DNA of 32,427 nucleotides from Polymyxa betae A26-41 (taxonomy: Eukaryota > Protista > Endomyxa: Phytomyxea): NCBI GenBank assembly GCA_003693705.1, contig RBZT01000663.1:1-32427 (forward strand), read 5' to 3'. Every line of letters starts with the position of its first letter. Within the stretch, counting starts at the first letter, position 1. The position numbers and the translations under genes were made by a program. The notes below the pieces were generated by a model. It searched no databases. It saw only the letters and a list, made by a program, of their open reading frames with translations, and had not been told where the DNA came from. Shown in pieces: positions 20,291 to 31,294 of the stretch.

Positions 20291-23200
20291 ATGTTGACTC
20301 AACCGGTCGATTTTAACACGCATTCCAAGTAACTTTTCAGGCTGGCCAAGGTCGGTGATGTCGAATTTGTCTGCAATCTGCACAATTATACTGTTGACTT
20401 GTTCGGGATTGTTGTGTGCAATCAAGATGTCATCAGCATAGAGTGCCAGAATGATGACAGTGCCTTCGGTGTTTCTGGTGTAAATGCAGGGGTCAGATTT
20501 TGTTCGGCGAAACGACTGTGTGCTGGTCAAGAAATTGTCGATTTCTCTGTTCCAATGCATGCCGGCCTGCTTGAGCCCGTACAGAACTTTCCTTAATATG
20601 ACAACCGGGGTCTTGAAGGATTCTTCAAGTTCGTTTGGCAACTTCAAGTATATCTCTTCGTCAATAGGTCCGTTCAGATAGGCTTCAACGATGTCGAGTT
20701 GCATTAGGTGCAAAGAGTGTTGGGCTGCCAATGCAATAACGATGCGAAGAGAGGCTTGGTGTGCAACGGGGGCGAATGTTTCATTATAATCAATGCCTGG
20801 TCTTTGAGAGAACCCTTTAACAACGAGTTGCGCCTTGTAACTTATCGATACTGCCGTCAGCTTTGGCTTTCACTTTGAATACCGATTTGCATCCGATTGC
20901 CTTGCTTCCAGTTGGTAATGCTGCGGGGGTCCAGGTTAGTTGTTGCATCAGGGAAGTGATTTCCTTTTCTGTAGCCATTTTCCAGTGCTCTGCGTGTGGA
21001 CCATGTAAAGCTTCTTCGAATGAGCGCGGAATGTTGATATCTTTGGCTTTCATGGCTTGTGGAAATGCTGCGATGTTGGCTTCTGGAGATTGGTCCTGCG
21101 AAGATTCTTCTTCAACAATGGTTGGAGGTAAAAGCCAGTATGGATGCGGGGGTGTCCTTTTTCGCAATGAACGCCGAGGGGATTGACTTTGGCAGGCGTT
21201 TGAATTGGAATTGTTTTCAGTCGAACTCGCCGATGCATCAGGTTCGTTCTGGATTTCTTGTTCTGAATTGTTGAGGATGGGTTGTGCATCAAAGTCTGGT
21301 ATCGGGTGTGAGGACGCTCCGTCATTTCCGATCCATGTTTTAATTGGAAATTCGATGATTTCGTAGTTGTGAGGGTGAGGGGTAATAGAAAGCAAGTTCG
21401 CGGCCGGAAACTCGGATTCATCGAATGCAACGGCGCGACTCACAGTAATCTGGCTTTTTGTGGGATTCCAAATGCAGTATCCAGGTTGAGCGTTGCTGTA
21501 TCCTCTGAAGATTCCTTGTTCTGCTCGGAAGTCCAATTTACGACGTCTTTCTTTTGGAATTTGGTGCCAAACTTTGCAACCGAATGTACATAGGTGGCTA
21601 AGGCTGGGCGGCTCGCCGAAAAATTCTTCAAATGGGGTTTTGTAGTTCAGTGCTGAGTGTGGTCTTCGCGCATATAAGTACACGGCAGTGTTGATAGCCT
21701 CAGCCCAGAATTCTGGGCCCAATCCTGATTTGTTCCGAATGCTTTTGGCGATTTCTTGAATTGTTCGGTTAAAACGCTCGGCAATTCCATTTTGCTGGGG
21801 GGTGTAGGGGACAGTTGTTTCTTGTTTAATTCCGTGTTTTTCGCAATAAGTCCGGAACAGTTTGGAGATGTACTCGCCACCGTTGTCTGTATGTAGTGTT
21901 TCGACCATGTGAATGCGCTGTCCGACTTTACGCTGCGCGATTGCGTCGAACTTGATGAATGCCTCAAGAGCTTGGGATTTGTGTTTCAGGAACTATATGT
22001 GAGCAAATCGAGTTTTCTTGTCGATAAAGGAGATGAAGAAACGGGACCCGGCCAATGAATGAACGGGAAACGGCCCGCATATATCGCTGAGAAAAATCTC
22101 AAAGAGGCGTGATGCACTTTTGTGATGACTGGATGGGAAAGGAGCTCTTGCAATCTTCGACAAAACGCAACTTTCGCATGGGCTAGAATCGGTGGATATG
22201 TCGCTTGACTTTCGGATAAATAACCCTTTAGATGTCCCCGGTTTTATGAGGCGCATCAGGTCTCGCTCGTTGATGTGTCCGAGCCTGTCGTGCCATATCT
22301 GACATGTGAATGCTTGAGTATCCTGCTTTCCAAAGTTGGCCGATATCGCGTGCGTTGGCCGAGGACAAATGCGGTAGAATTTATCGTTGCCTTTAATGGC
22401 TGTGTGTAGCAATTTTCCCGCTCGCTGTTGACACTTTTCGGAAGAGAATTTTCTGCAGGCAGACCCCTCGAACCAGAATTTTATTCCATTTTTCGTGCAC
22501 TGGGCAATGGAGAGAAGATTCTTCCCGAGGTCTGGGGCGAGCAGTATTTCGTCCAGAGGTAGATGGCCATTTTGAACTGGTATGTGCCCTTTACCGCGAC
22601 CGATAATGGGGATCTCTCTGTCATCACCTAGCAGGATGCCATTACTTTCAAGATTGTGATTGATGGCGTGACATGGAGTTTGGTCAAACGTCATGTGATG
22701 GGAACATCCGAAATCGATAATCCACTCATTTCTAGTCAATTTCGATGATGAAACAATTGCTGAGAGACACTGGTGATAGTGTTTAAGTGATTGTGTATTT
22801 GATTGACTTTGAATTTCAGAGTGTTGGTGGAAACATTCTTCATCAGAGTGGGATCGGCTTCGATGGTAACTGCAGTACTTGGCTCTATCATCCATTTTCT
22901 TTCTGGATTCAGTCGTTAACTTGTTGAGCTGGGATTTCAGCGAAAGATTTGCAGATTTCAATTCGTTCAACTGTGCTGTCCACGGTTCTTCGATCGATTT
23001 CTGGATGCCTTGTCGTTTTTCTTCTCGTAATAGTATTGAGGAATTTTTGGGGAGCGTCAATTCCGTGTCTTGTACGTCGATAGCGCTGACCACGTTTTTA
23101 TACTTGAGAGATGCTCCAATTAATAGTTTTGCAGCGATGAGCGAGTCAGTGAGAGCTAGTAACTCTTTGGGAGCCGTATCCCTGATCATGTTGGCCGCGT

Positions 23201-23600
23201 CTTTGACCTTTGTGATGTACTGCTGAATTGAGTCAGTACCCTGCGTTATGGAGAAGAATGATTGTAGGTGCTGTAGCACAGAAGCGTTGCACTTTGGTGG
23301 ATACAGATGACATAATTCGCGACATGTTCCATATGCGGTTGATGTTTCGAAGACGTCCTTGGACAGATGGAGTAGAATGAACTCTTGAGCGAGTTCGTCC
23401 TTGATCTTTTCGTCCTCTGAAAGATTCAACGCTTCGTCCGCTTTTGGGGCTAAGATGCGGGTCCATCCTTTTATCTTGAATAGAAGGAGCATCTTTTGAC
23501 TCCAATCTTTGAAATCAGTGCCATTGAAAATTTCGACTTTGAAAGAAGTCTTGTCTTGTGAGCTGTTTGGGTCCGTTGTAGAAGATCCCGTGATTTCCAT
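20291..23600 (-). pseudogene. Copia gag-pol polyprotein
   Basis: FNGTDFKDW; CSYHRSRSHSDEEC; WIIDFGCSHHM; WHDRLGH...CESC; SDICGP; TDNGGEY; QQNGIAER; YKAQLVVKGFSQRPGIDY; LYGLKQ; LYADDIL. Stop at 21993-21995 and a frameshift near 20840. Confidence 0.92.
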
Positions 23601-23615
23601 TAGGGGCTGGATTAT

Positions 23616-23637
23616 GTAGAGTATAGGACTCTTAATC
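23616..23637 (-). other. Primer-binding site of Copia-B, complementary to the D-arm/anticodon arm of tRNA-Lys(CUU)
   Basis: GTAGAGTATAGGACTCTTAATC abuts the LTR. It is 20/22 identical to GTAGAGCATGGGACTCTTAATC of eukaryotic tRNA-Lys(CUU), quoted from memory. Confidence 0.75.
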
Positions 23638-23908
23638 TGTTGAAGCAACGTAAACTGTTGCTACGAAATTCTTTTTGGTTATAAGTGAAGAGTGGCTAAG
23701 GTACCTCGATCTCTCGTACAATGTTGCACGGCCTTTATTTCCACTTCAATAATTGTTGTTTATTTATAGAGCTGATTATATACAGAGACTACTTGGCAAT
23801 GGTATTATGGGACCTTTTCATTATTGCGCATGCCGTGGGCCGCCACTCCATTCATGTCGTCGTCACATGGCTCCACGTCGGGGGTCAAGTATAGGATCCA
23901 CATCAACA
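23638..23908 (-). repeat. 5' LTR of Copia-B (271 bp)
   Basis: TGTTGA...TCAACA termini. hAT coding sequence resumes exactly at 23909. Confidence 0.85.
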
Positions 23909-24489
23909 TACGGCAACTTGCGAGCGGCTTTTCAACGAGCGTGCAATGATTGATTCTGCTCGACGAAACCGTTTGTGCCCAGGAAAGGTTAAGAAGTTAA
24001 GTATTGTTCGCAGCTCTGTTCGAAAGAAGAATTTACGTGACTGTTTGGCCAAGCCAACCACGAATGATACCGCTATCATCAGCCGTTATATTGATCCCAC
24101 GGAACGGCGTATCAATGGAGAAGAAAAGCAATCAGAAATAGTTATGGGACTTTGGATGAAATGGATTCGGATAACCAATCCGAGGGCAGAAGGTGCTCTG
24201 ACACTGAGGCCGGACAAACCGAACAGCAATCAGCAGCCGCTGAATCCCAAGATGTGTTTTTGTTATGGCATGAGGTTCTCGATTGATGGCGGCGGAAACG
24301 ATGCCGGAACTGGAGGTCGAAGAGGTTGGGTTAGCGTCTGGGGTTGTTCGATCAAACTGGCTGGACTGGAATGACTCAAACTGGCCTCAGGAACCGCGCG
24401 CCTCTCGCCTGACTCGCATATGGGGCCGTAAGCAAACTTCTGCTGTATTATTGAAAGACGTAGATGCAAACGCCTGGACATTTCGCTGA
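23909..24489 (+). pseudogene. hAT transposase, 3' part (dimerisation domain with the catalytic E)
   Basis: TATCERLFNERAMIDSARRNRL...KVKKLSIVR...DWNDSNWPQE. Confidence 0.8.
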
Positions 24490-24602
24490 ACGTCTTGCTT
24501 GCTCAAGGGTTTAAATGCTTAAACATATATAAACATGTTTCAACATTTCAATATAGTTTAAACTTTGGCAATCTGTGTAGAGGAGGTTTTTATACAATAT
24601 TG

Positions 24603-27600
24603 CAAAATCTGCCACGTCGGCTTGCATCGCAGACCAATAAAAACGCGGATTAAGTGCAGCCAATGTCGCCGACGTGCCTCGAAGACATGCCGATCCGCAA
24701 TGTGCGACTATAAAGATGCGGAGATGAAGTGACATAGCATCATCAGGAATCCAAACGACGCCTTCTGGACTAAGGTAGAGACCAGCTTTGTTCTGGGTAT
24801 ACGGTATTGATCTGACTGGAAGAGTTTCAGCACCGTTGAGTGAAGCATGATGGAATCTCCGGGATTTTAGGAAATAACAAAACCTTCTAAAAGTGCGACG
24901 ACTCCGGGAGGAATGTCAGACATCCGCTTGAGACGGAAAACCCGCGGATGTAGAATCGGGCGCGTTCCCCAACGAGAGAGCATATCTGCCCAAAGTTGTG
25001 ATGTCCAGGTATATGTTCGATGAAGTAATCCACCGAGCTGAGTTTCAATGACCAAAGATATAACGTGTCAAGCGTGTGTTGTTTGAGGGGCACCGACGTG
25101 GTCTCCGGACTTAAGATAAACATCAGATTACGATGATCGCTAAAAATACGCAGCTTGCGTTCATATATGACTAGATAATCGAACCTTTGTATGGCGGTGA
25201 TAATCGGAAATGCCTCCTTCACTGAAATCGGCCAAAACGCTTCGGCTGAATAAAGAGAGTGGAAGATGATTCTGCTCTGGCAACGGCTTCGAGAGTTCCT
25301 CAGGGTCGACTTGAGTGATGATGGAGTAGGGCTCTAACGATGTGTGTGTGAACAGACAGCAATCCCATTCCTGACGCGGATGATGAATTGCAGATGCATT
25401 TCATATTGTAATATTTGTGTTTCGGAACGCCGCTTCATGAACGTCAGTCCTTGTGTAGGATCGAACAGGAATGCCACGAGCCACAGCTTGGGATCGCCAA
25501 ACATGGCCTTTCATTGAGTGCTCCGGCCGATCACGCAATGGTAGAACAAGACGCTCGAATCAGGAATATGATTGCTGATCCATGTAGCAGCGCACAGTAA
25601 CTGCAGGAGATCTGCGGCAATGGAAGGGGTTGCCATGGCAATCAGCGATTCGATACGTGTAGGATCGGGTGAACGATAACTGCTGAATCTAGTCGCCCGC
25701 AATATTTTGCTTCAGTAAAGAATAATCGTCACCTCTGAACGTTAATCTTGAGATTCTTGATCTTATATGCCTCAAAGATAGCTTGTTAATAGCCAGAAGA
25801 TCATCCATAGTAGGAGCTTAAGCCAACAAATCATCGATCCAAATAAGTAGATGCGACTGCGTAAGCGATGGACGATATATGCTCTCCATGCCTTGTGGAA
25901 AAGCGAAAGCAGAATTGGTATTGCCTTGAGGTAAACCCAGCGGCTTGACTATGCCGAGAGGAGTCAGCATAGATTGCGACTCGATTGCACCACCTATGGG
26001 AACAGCCAAAATCCCTTGAAGGCATCCAACGCTGCGAATACCTTTGAATTTGATAGGAATTCTCCGACAGCGTGTAGATGAGGCATTGGGTAAACCCTTG
26101 GCCGATTTTGCAAGTTAGGATAACCCAGGTCGAAGACAGATCCTAAGGTTCGATTCTGCCCAGTCTTGGGGACACAGAAAACTGGCGCTGACCAGGCAGA
26201 GTCCGGATTTGGATCTACAAAACCTGAATATTTAGCTGTTGGAAGTGCGCAGAGAGAAACAAAGAGTGAATTTGGGGCTAGCGACGATGTCGACATAGCT
26301 CAATAAGTGCATCATCTGACGGCTCTATAGCGAACGGAGAAATATCGACAGGGGGTCTGGGTTCAAATTGCCTCCAAAATTGTTACGGTAATCTGAGAAT
26401 AACACACGAAAACGCTCGGCGAAGCCGGGATTAGTACCTTGCTGTATGGCCTTATCACGATCTGATTGAGCGATTCCTCTAGCTCTGAGTCGTCATGCAA
26501 ACCAAGGATGATTTCTTCCGTTTCCTCCGGACATGAAGATGGCGAAGCGTCGCCTTGACCGGCGAGCTCTAAATTAGCTGTTTCAACAGGAGATATAGCC
26601 ACATTGTCGACAGGTTCGTCAACAATGTCACATAGCTGAGCGCCCAGTGCAGTGACCATACTGTCAACATCGATTCCTAAAACAAGAAGAAGCGGTCGCC
26701 CGAGAAGGACTTCAGGCATATCGACGTCCAGAACATGAGCCCAATGACGACGAACCGTTACTGGTCCGGCCGATGTTTGAATGGAGATTTCAGCGAGAAA
26801 TATTCAACGATGAATTGTAGACGGAGCCGTCGCCCAAACTGAAGCATTGAATAACTAGACAAGTCTCGGGTTCGACAGAGGATATGCGTTCCCATGAACT
26901 CTTGCCTGCCATGGTGTAATCTGCACAGCCATCCAGAATAGTGGCGAAATCGAAACAATGTGAACCCGCCACGATGCGTACAGATGAAATCAGCCGATAA
27001 ATAGGTTTGGAGATTAAATGCACATGAGCGTCAGATGTAGCTATGGTGTTTTCGGTCGAGCCCGCAATAAATGCTATGCGAACAGAAGATGGAACTGCAG
27101 GGGCAGACCAAACGAATAATAATCAGCAACTTCCAGTCTATTGGCCTTCGCAGCCGCCGAACAATTAAAGGGCGACGCGGTCTGTCACAGGACAGGTGAG
27201 CTTGGTGTAGTGGAAGAATTTTGTCGGAGCAGCGTGAACCAGAAAAGGCCATGAGTCTACCACAGTCCACAGCCGGAAAGATGGGGAATGGAGAAAGTCA
27301 AAACAAGACAACGGTTCAAAGGAAAAGAAACAGACACCTATCCTTCTAGTTTGGGGGGCGAAATCATGGTGGTTTGAACAAGATTCATGATTGCGAGCGC
27401 CATGGAAATATACAGATTCGTGAGAAATGGAGACAAGGCAACCTCGAAAGTGCTCAGTGTTTATCACGTTTCGGCAACCGTAACTTCTCGACCAAAAGCA
27501 GTAGAGATTCTAGGGTATCGGTTGACAACCAAGCCGCGGCCGAAGCCTTCCCCTAGATCATTAAACGTCGTCTTAAAGACAACTGCACTGCCACCTAAAA

Positions 27601-27908
27601 CATCCGCGGTGCGCTTGAGACCCAACTCAGGCAGAATGTGAATCACGAACAGAGGCAGAAAAATAGGTGAAGCAAAACGGTCAGCGACGACCAGTCAGAC
27701 CCGAGATTGCGTTAAGCGAGATCGGAGCGGTTTGGCATCGAATTAGAGTGCCGAAACGAAGATTCCAGGTCGAATAAGAACTTCTGAGGAGGAAACGGAC
27801 ACAGCCACGGAAGGGATTGCATTACTAGACGGAAATGCAGTTACGCAAAGCTCAGCGGTTAGCTACAAGCAAGTTGGAGCGGGAACGGAAGGTACGAAAG
27901 TAGGCCTA
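24603..27908 (-). pseudogene. Heavily degraded Gypsy gag-pol (gag, PR, RT, RNase H, start of IN)
   Basis: ILDGCAD and EVLLGRPLL (PR); WSAPVFCVPK, ALDAFKGFWLFP, LPQGNTNS, WIDDLL (RT); EAFPI...FSDHRNL...IEHIPG...ADMLSRW (RH); AHCG...FYWSAMQADVADF (IN). Confidence 0.88.
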
Positions 27909-27958
27909 TGAGACGGCTTCCGACCGGCCAGGATCGAACTGTTAGTGTAGGTCTCACA
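27909..27958 (-). repeat. Remnant of the Gypsy 5' LTR
   Basis: 44/50 identical to 2451-2500 in the same orientation, immediately upstream of gag-like sequence. Confidence 0.65.
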
Positions 27959-27989
27959 AAGAGACGCTGTGGTTGGCCCCGTCCAAACT

Positions 27990-29090
27990 AACGCCATCGC
28001 AATCTGTTGGGCTGTAATAGCTCTAGGGTCGATGCGGCGTCCTTCTGAAGGTCGTAGCAATCCTTACACCTCGATCAAGAGGATTCAGCATACGTCATAG
28101 TCAGTTCCAAATTGCAGATGCCGACTCAATTTACAATGACGGCTGGTTCCGCGATAGGTTCGCTGTACCAAACCATCTTTGGACCGTATTTTTGAGCTTA
28201 TTGAGCTATGAGCAACATTGGCTGCAAATAAACGAACCTCTAAATGTCAACAGTTTTCTGGGTTTGCGATAGAGTAGCAGTCACGCTATGCTGCCTGATG
28301 CGTTCTGGATCACATAGCGACGCAGTTATACTTTCTGGAATGGGGAAGTCCTCCGCGAACAGATTTCATTGGCAAGTCGTCAATGTCATCATTCACTGCC
28401 TGGGTCCCCAAGTCATAAGAATGCCTGAAACGGAACAAGAATGGCTACAATTGCAGACGGTTTCGAACAGGGCTGGATTCCCTTGATGTTGCTTCGCAGT
28501 TAATGGGTGCCTAATTGCTATAGAAAGGCCATAAGAATACGACGGATGGTATTGTCGCAAGGGCTCTCCTGCGATTAACGCGTTAACCACCGCACTCGAA
28601 ATCTCAGCTATGATCTCCGACCAGGGTCAGCGAACGATGAGGCAATATGGGATCCGAAATCGGCTCAGTTTTACCAAAGAGACTTCATGGCCTTGGAGAC
28701 TCCGGGTACAAATTATCAGAATGTTTGCTGATTCCGTATCCCATTTGAGAAAATATGCCTGCAAACGAATCACATTATAACTACCTGCACTCCAAGACCA
28801 GAATTACTGTGGAACGTGAGTTTGGCATGATCAAAAATCGCTTCCACATCTTCCAAGCCAAACTCAGCCAGAAAGTGCGTTTCGATACAGGAGAATCTGC
28901 AACGTTGCAGATGGCCAAAATATTTGAAGCGTGCTTCATCTTGCATAACATTCTGATTGATTTTCGGGACCAACAGAAACGATGAAGTCAATGTCTGCAG
29001 CTTTATTCCAGTGGTGGATACAGGGTTTCCCAGCATGGTGCAGGAGCTCGCTGCGAATTGAAAACTAGATTGGATCAAAACGTATCTTTA
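27990..29090 (+). pseudogene. Harbinger transposase
   Basis: GWF...RCTK...DRVAVTL...GMGKSSANRF...GFP*CC...YDGWYCRKG...PGSAND...GDSGY...YNYLHSKTRITVEREFGMIKNRF...ACFILHNILI. Confidence 0.85.
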
Positions 29091-29096
29091 TTCCAA

Positions 29097-29900
29097 TCAC
29101 AGATTATACTGTTTGCTTGCTAAACTCTGCACTAAGGAACGAAGTAGATTGTTCGTTTCTTCTGCTTGTACAGCCTGCCGCTCCAGCAAGGCTCCGATGC
29201 TGTCCAGCATACTCGGTACTTCGTCAATTGGAGCTGCCAAAGCTGAGGCAAGCATTTGGCCCATGCAAAGCAAGCCCTCCTTGATGCCGATTGAAACGTC
29301 AGGTTCGTTCACAGCACGCTTGGGTCTCGGAGGGGTCACCATTGTTTGTACAGATGTCGCCTTCTAGGCAGAGCCAGCGACTTCCTAGGGCTCACTAATG
29401 TACGTGATCCAGAGTCGTCCTTGCAATTTGAAGCGCTACACTGTTGAGACAATCGTGGGCCGAACCCTCATTACCCCCGAAATGAGATACCTGTGAGTCC
29501 CAGAAGTCCGGTTTTCTGGGACTTTTTTATGTTTCCAATTGTTCGTTCGTCGATATTCGTCAGCTGTCGATAGGGCCGCTGCATATCAAGGTACCTCTGC
29601 TTAATTTTGCTACAGATATGTCCATATTGAAGGTATTATTGACATCACTTGTGATTCGGTTCCATCCTCTCGCGATAGTGTTTTCGTTTTTCGAATCCAA
29701 GAAGAAAGTTCGATGAAATTCCTTCAAATCCAGCATCATCTCAACCATTTCCGTTGACCATTGCACATCCTGAGCTCTGTCTTCAGTCTTCGCTGGCCTG
29801 CCTCGCTTCTTAGTAGAAGGAATGCTTGCTGACGTCGCAACGTCGACGGTTGAGGAAAATTCAGGGACATCAGGAGACGACGTTGTCAGTGACTACTCAC
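29097..29900 (-). pseudogene. Harbinger ORF2, Myb/SANT-like
   Basis: VQWSTEMVEMML...FFLDSKN...GWNRI...KPDFWDSQVSHFGG...AHDCL...GIKEGLLCMG, homologous to 4075-4921. Confidence 0.75.
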
Positions 29901-30040
29901 AACCCTGTTCTCAGAACTCACGATCTTATTTATTACATCATTTAATTGCAGTCATTTTCAGCATTTTTTTGGATGTCATACCTGGACCGCATTTTCATTT
30001 CCCTGCATTTTTGATCGCATTTTTTAACTTGGAAAGGCTT

Positions 30041-30930
30041 TAAATACCTTTAACATCCATCAGCACCGTCGTCATCATCACCATCTCCATCACCATCATC
30101 ATTACCATCATTATCACCCTCATTATCACAGTCTCCATCACCATCACCAATATCAACAACAGCGTCATCTTATTATCGTTACACCATCTTCATAACTCTC
30201 AATCATACTAAGAATTAATAAACAAGACTGAAAAAATGAGGTAAATACCTTTAACAGCCTCATCACTGTTGTCATCATCACCATCCGCATCACCAACTTC
30301 ATGGCCATCTCCATAACCATCCTCATCATCATGACTATCACCATCATTATCACCGTCTTCATGACCATCAATATCAGCAGCATCATCAGCAACAGCATCA
30401 TCTCATCATCGATACATCTTCTTCATCACACCCAACGATAATAAAAATTATTAAAAGAGACAGCGAAAATGTGGAAATTTCCTTGAACAGCGATCATCAC
30501 AGGCTTCAGCAATATTATCATCATCTTCACCATCTTCATCATCATATCCATCAAAATCCTCATCATCATCATCATAACCATCCTATAAACAACAACGAAA
30601 TATTCTCACCACAGTCAACAACATCATCTCGTCATCATCATTAACACCATCTTTATCACTCCTAATTATACTAAGAAAAAATAGATACCAACAAAATGTG
30701 GTAAATACTGTAACAGCAATCATCATCATCATCATCATTATCATCTTCATCACCATCCGTATCAGCATCTTCACCCTTCTCATCACCGTCATCATCATCT
30801 CCATTATTCTGATCACAATCATCAGCAGCAGCATCCTCATCACCACATCACCATCATCTTCGCTATCATTATCAACAACATCATCTCATCATTACCATCA
30901 ACATCATCATCATTCATTCTTGAACAAATA
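30041..30930. repeat. Degenerate tandem array of about four 200-230 bp units built on CAT triplets
   Basis: Anchor TAAATAC(C)TTTAACA-like at 30041, 30242, about 30474 and 30702. Each is followed by CAT-rich tracts and an A-rich spacer. Confidence 0.8.
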
Positions 30931-31294
30931 AACAGAATTCCATTAACTCATAGGATGGGACAGTTTTTACGCATATTCTGCACTGGAGGGGTTTACAGTG
31001 TCTGAGGTTTCAAGTTTCGACGTTTTCTTAAACTGACACCTGTGGTGGAGAACCTATGTCAATACGTTACTCAGTATATTGATGATTTGACCGTAAGTCT
31101 CTGGACCGATGAACATCAATGATGTCCGATGAACAAGAATCTATCGAATACATTCGTTATTCAGTTTGCAATCACTGCTACCTGTTCTAATCGGAAGACT
31201 CCACAAAGAATTCTTTAGTTATCGTCTGCGATCAGAGAGAAATAATGTGTGAATCTGAGGATTACACAATGAGTGATTCTGTCACTGAGTCGAT

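Larger units (their letters stand above)
20291..23908 (-). mobile_element. Ty1/Copia retrotransposon (Copia-B), 3'-truncated, inserted in the hAT transposase
   Basis: 5' LTR, PBS and gag-PR-IN-RT domain order. No RNase H or 3' LTR. Confidence 0.92.
17928..24602 (+). mobile_element. hAT DNA transposon inserted in the Gypsy integrase zinc finger
   Basis: TIR CAGTGTTGT / ACAATATTG. Duplication CAAAATC at 17921-17927 and 24603-24609. AAACA-rich subterminal repeats at both ends. Confidence 0.8.
2451..27958 (-). mobile_element. Ancient chromodomain Ty3/Gypsy LTR retrotransposon fragmented by nested insertions
   Basis: Segments 27958-24603 (LTR remnant, gag, PR, RT, RH, first half of IN zinc finger), 17927-17211 (IN core), 11624-11201 (GPY/F region and chromodomain), 5080-5070 and 2691-2451 are collinear on the minus strand. 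Direct repeats 2451-2500 and 27909-27958 are 44/50 identical. Confidence 0.75.
27990..30040. mobile_element. Degenerate PIF/Harbinger element (Harbinger-3); left end missing
   Basis: Both ORFs are homologous to Harbinger-1. Right end AACTTGGAAAGGCTT is followed by TAA (30041-30043), with GCATTTT x4 subterminal repeats. Confidence 0.8.

Noticed and set aside
21993-21995. Programmed stop-codon readthrough in Copia-B
   Set aside because: The stop lies inside the integrase core, not at the gag-pol boundary, and the copy has other lesions (DFG, YADD, a frameshift).
23616-23637. tRNA-Lys gene (also at 787-800)
   Set aside because: Only 14-22 nt match, with no acceptor stem or T-arm. The position next to an LTR indicates a PBS.
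24555-24575. Second hAT-like TIR (reverse complement CAGATTGCCAAAG)
   Set aside because: No matching partner end was found, and the outer ends at 17928/24602 already explain the TSD.
27915-27940. tRNA T-arm-like GTTCGATCC on the minus strand, or a TGG-type PBS
   Set aside because: It lies inside the LTR-like repeat, is not conserved in the other copy (GTTAGATCC), and forms no cloverleaf.
30041-30930. CRISPR array, or real Met/Ile/His-rich proteins from the ORF track
   Set aside because: No identical repeats with unique spacers and no cas genes. The ORFs are by-products of CAT triplet periodicity.
30950-31266. LTR upstream of the terminal gag
   Set aside because: It ends in ATTACA before an ATG, but there is no second copy, clear TG start or PBS in the window to support it.
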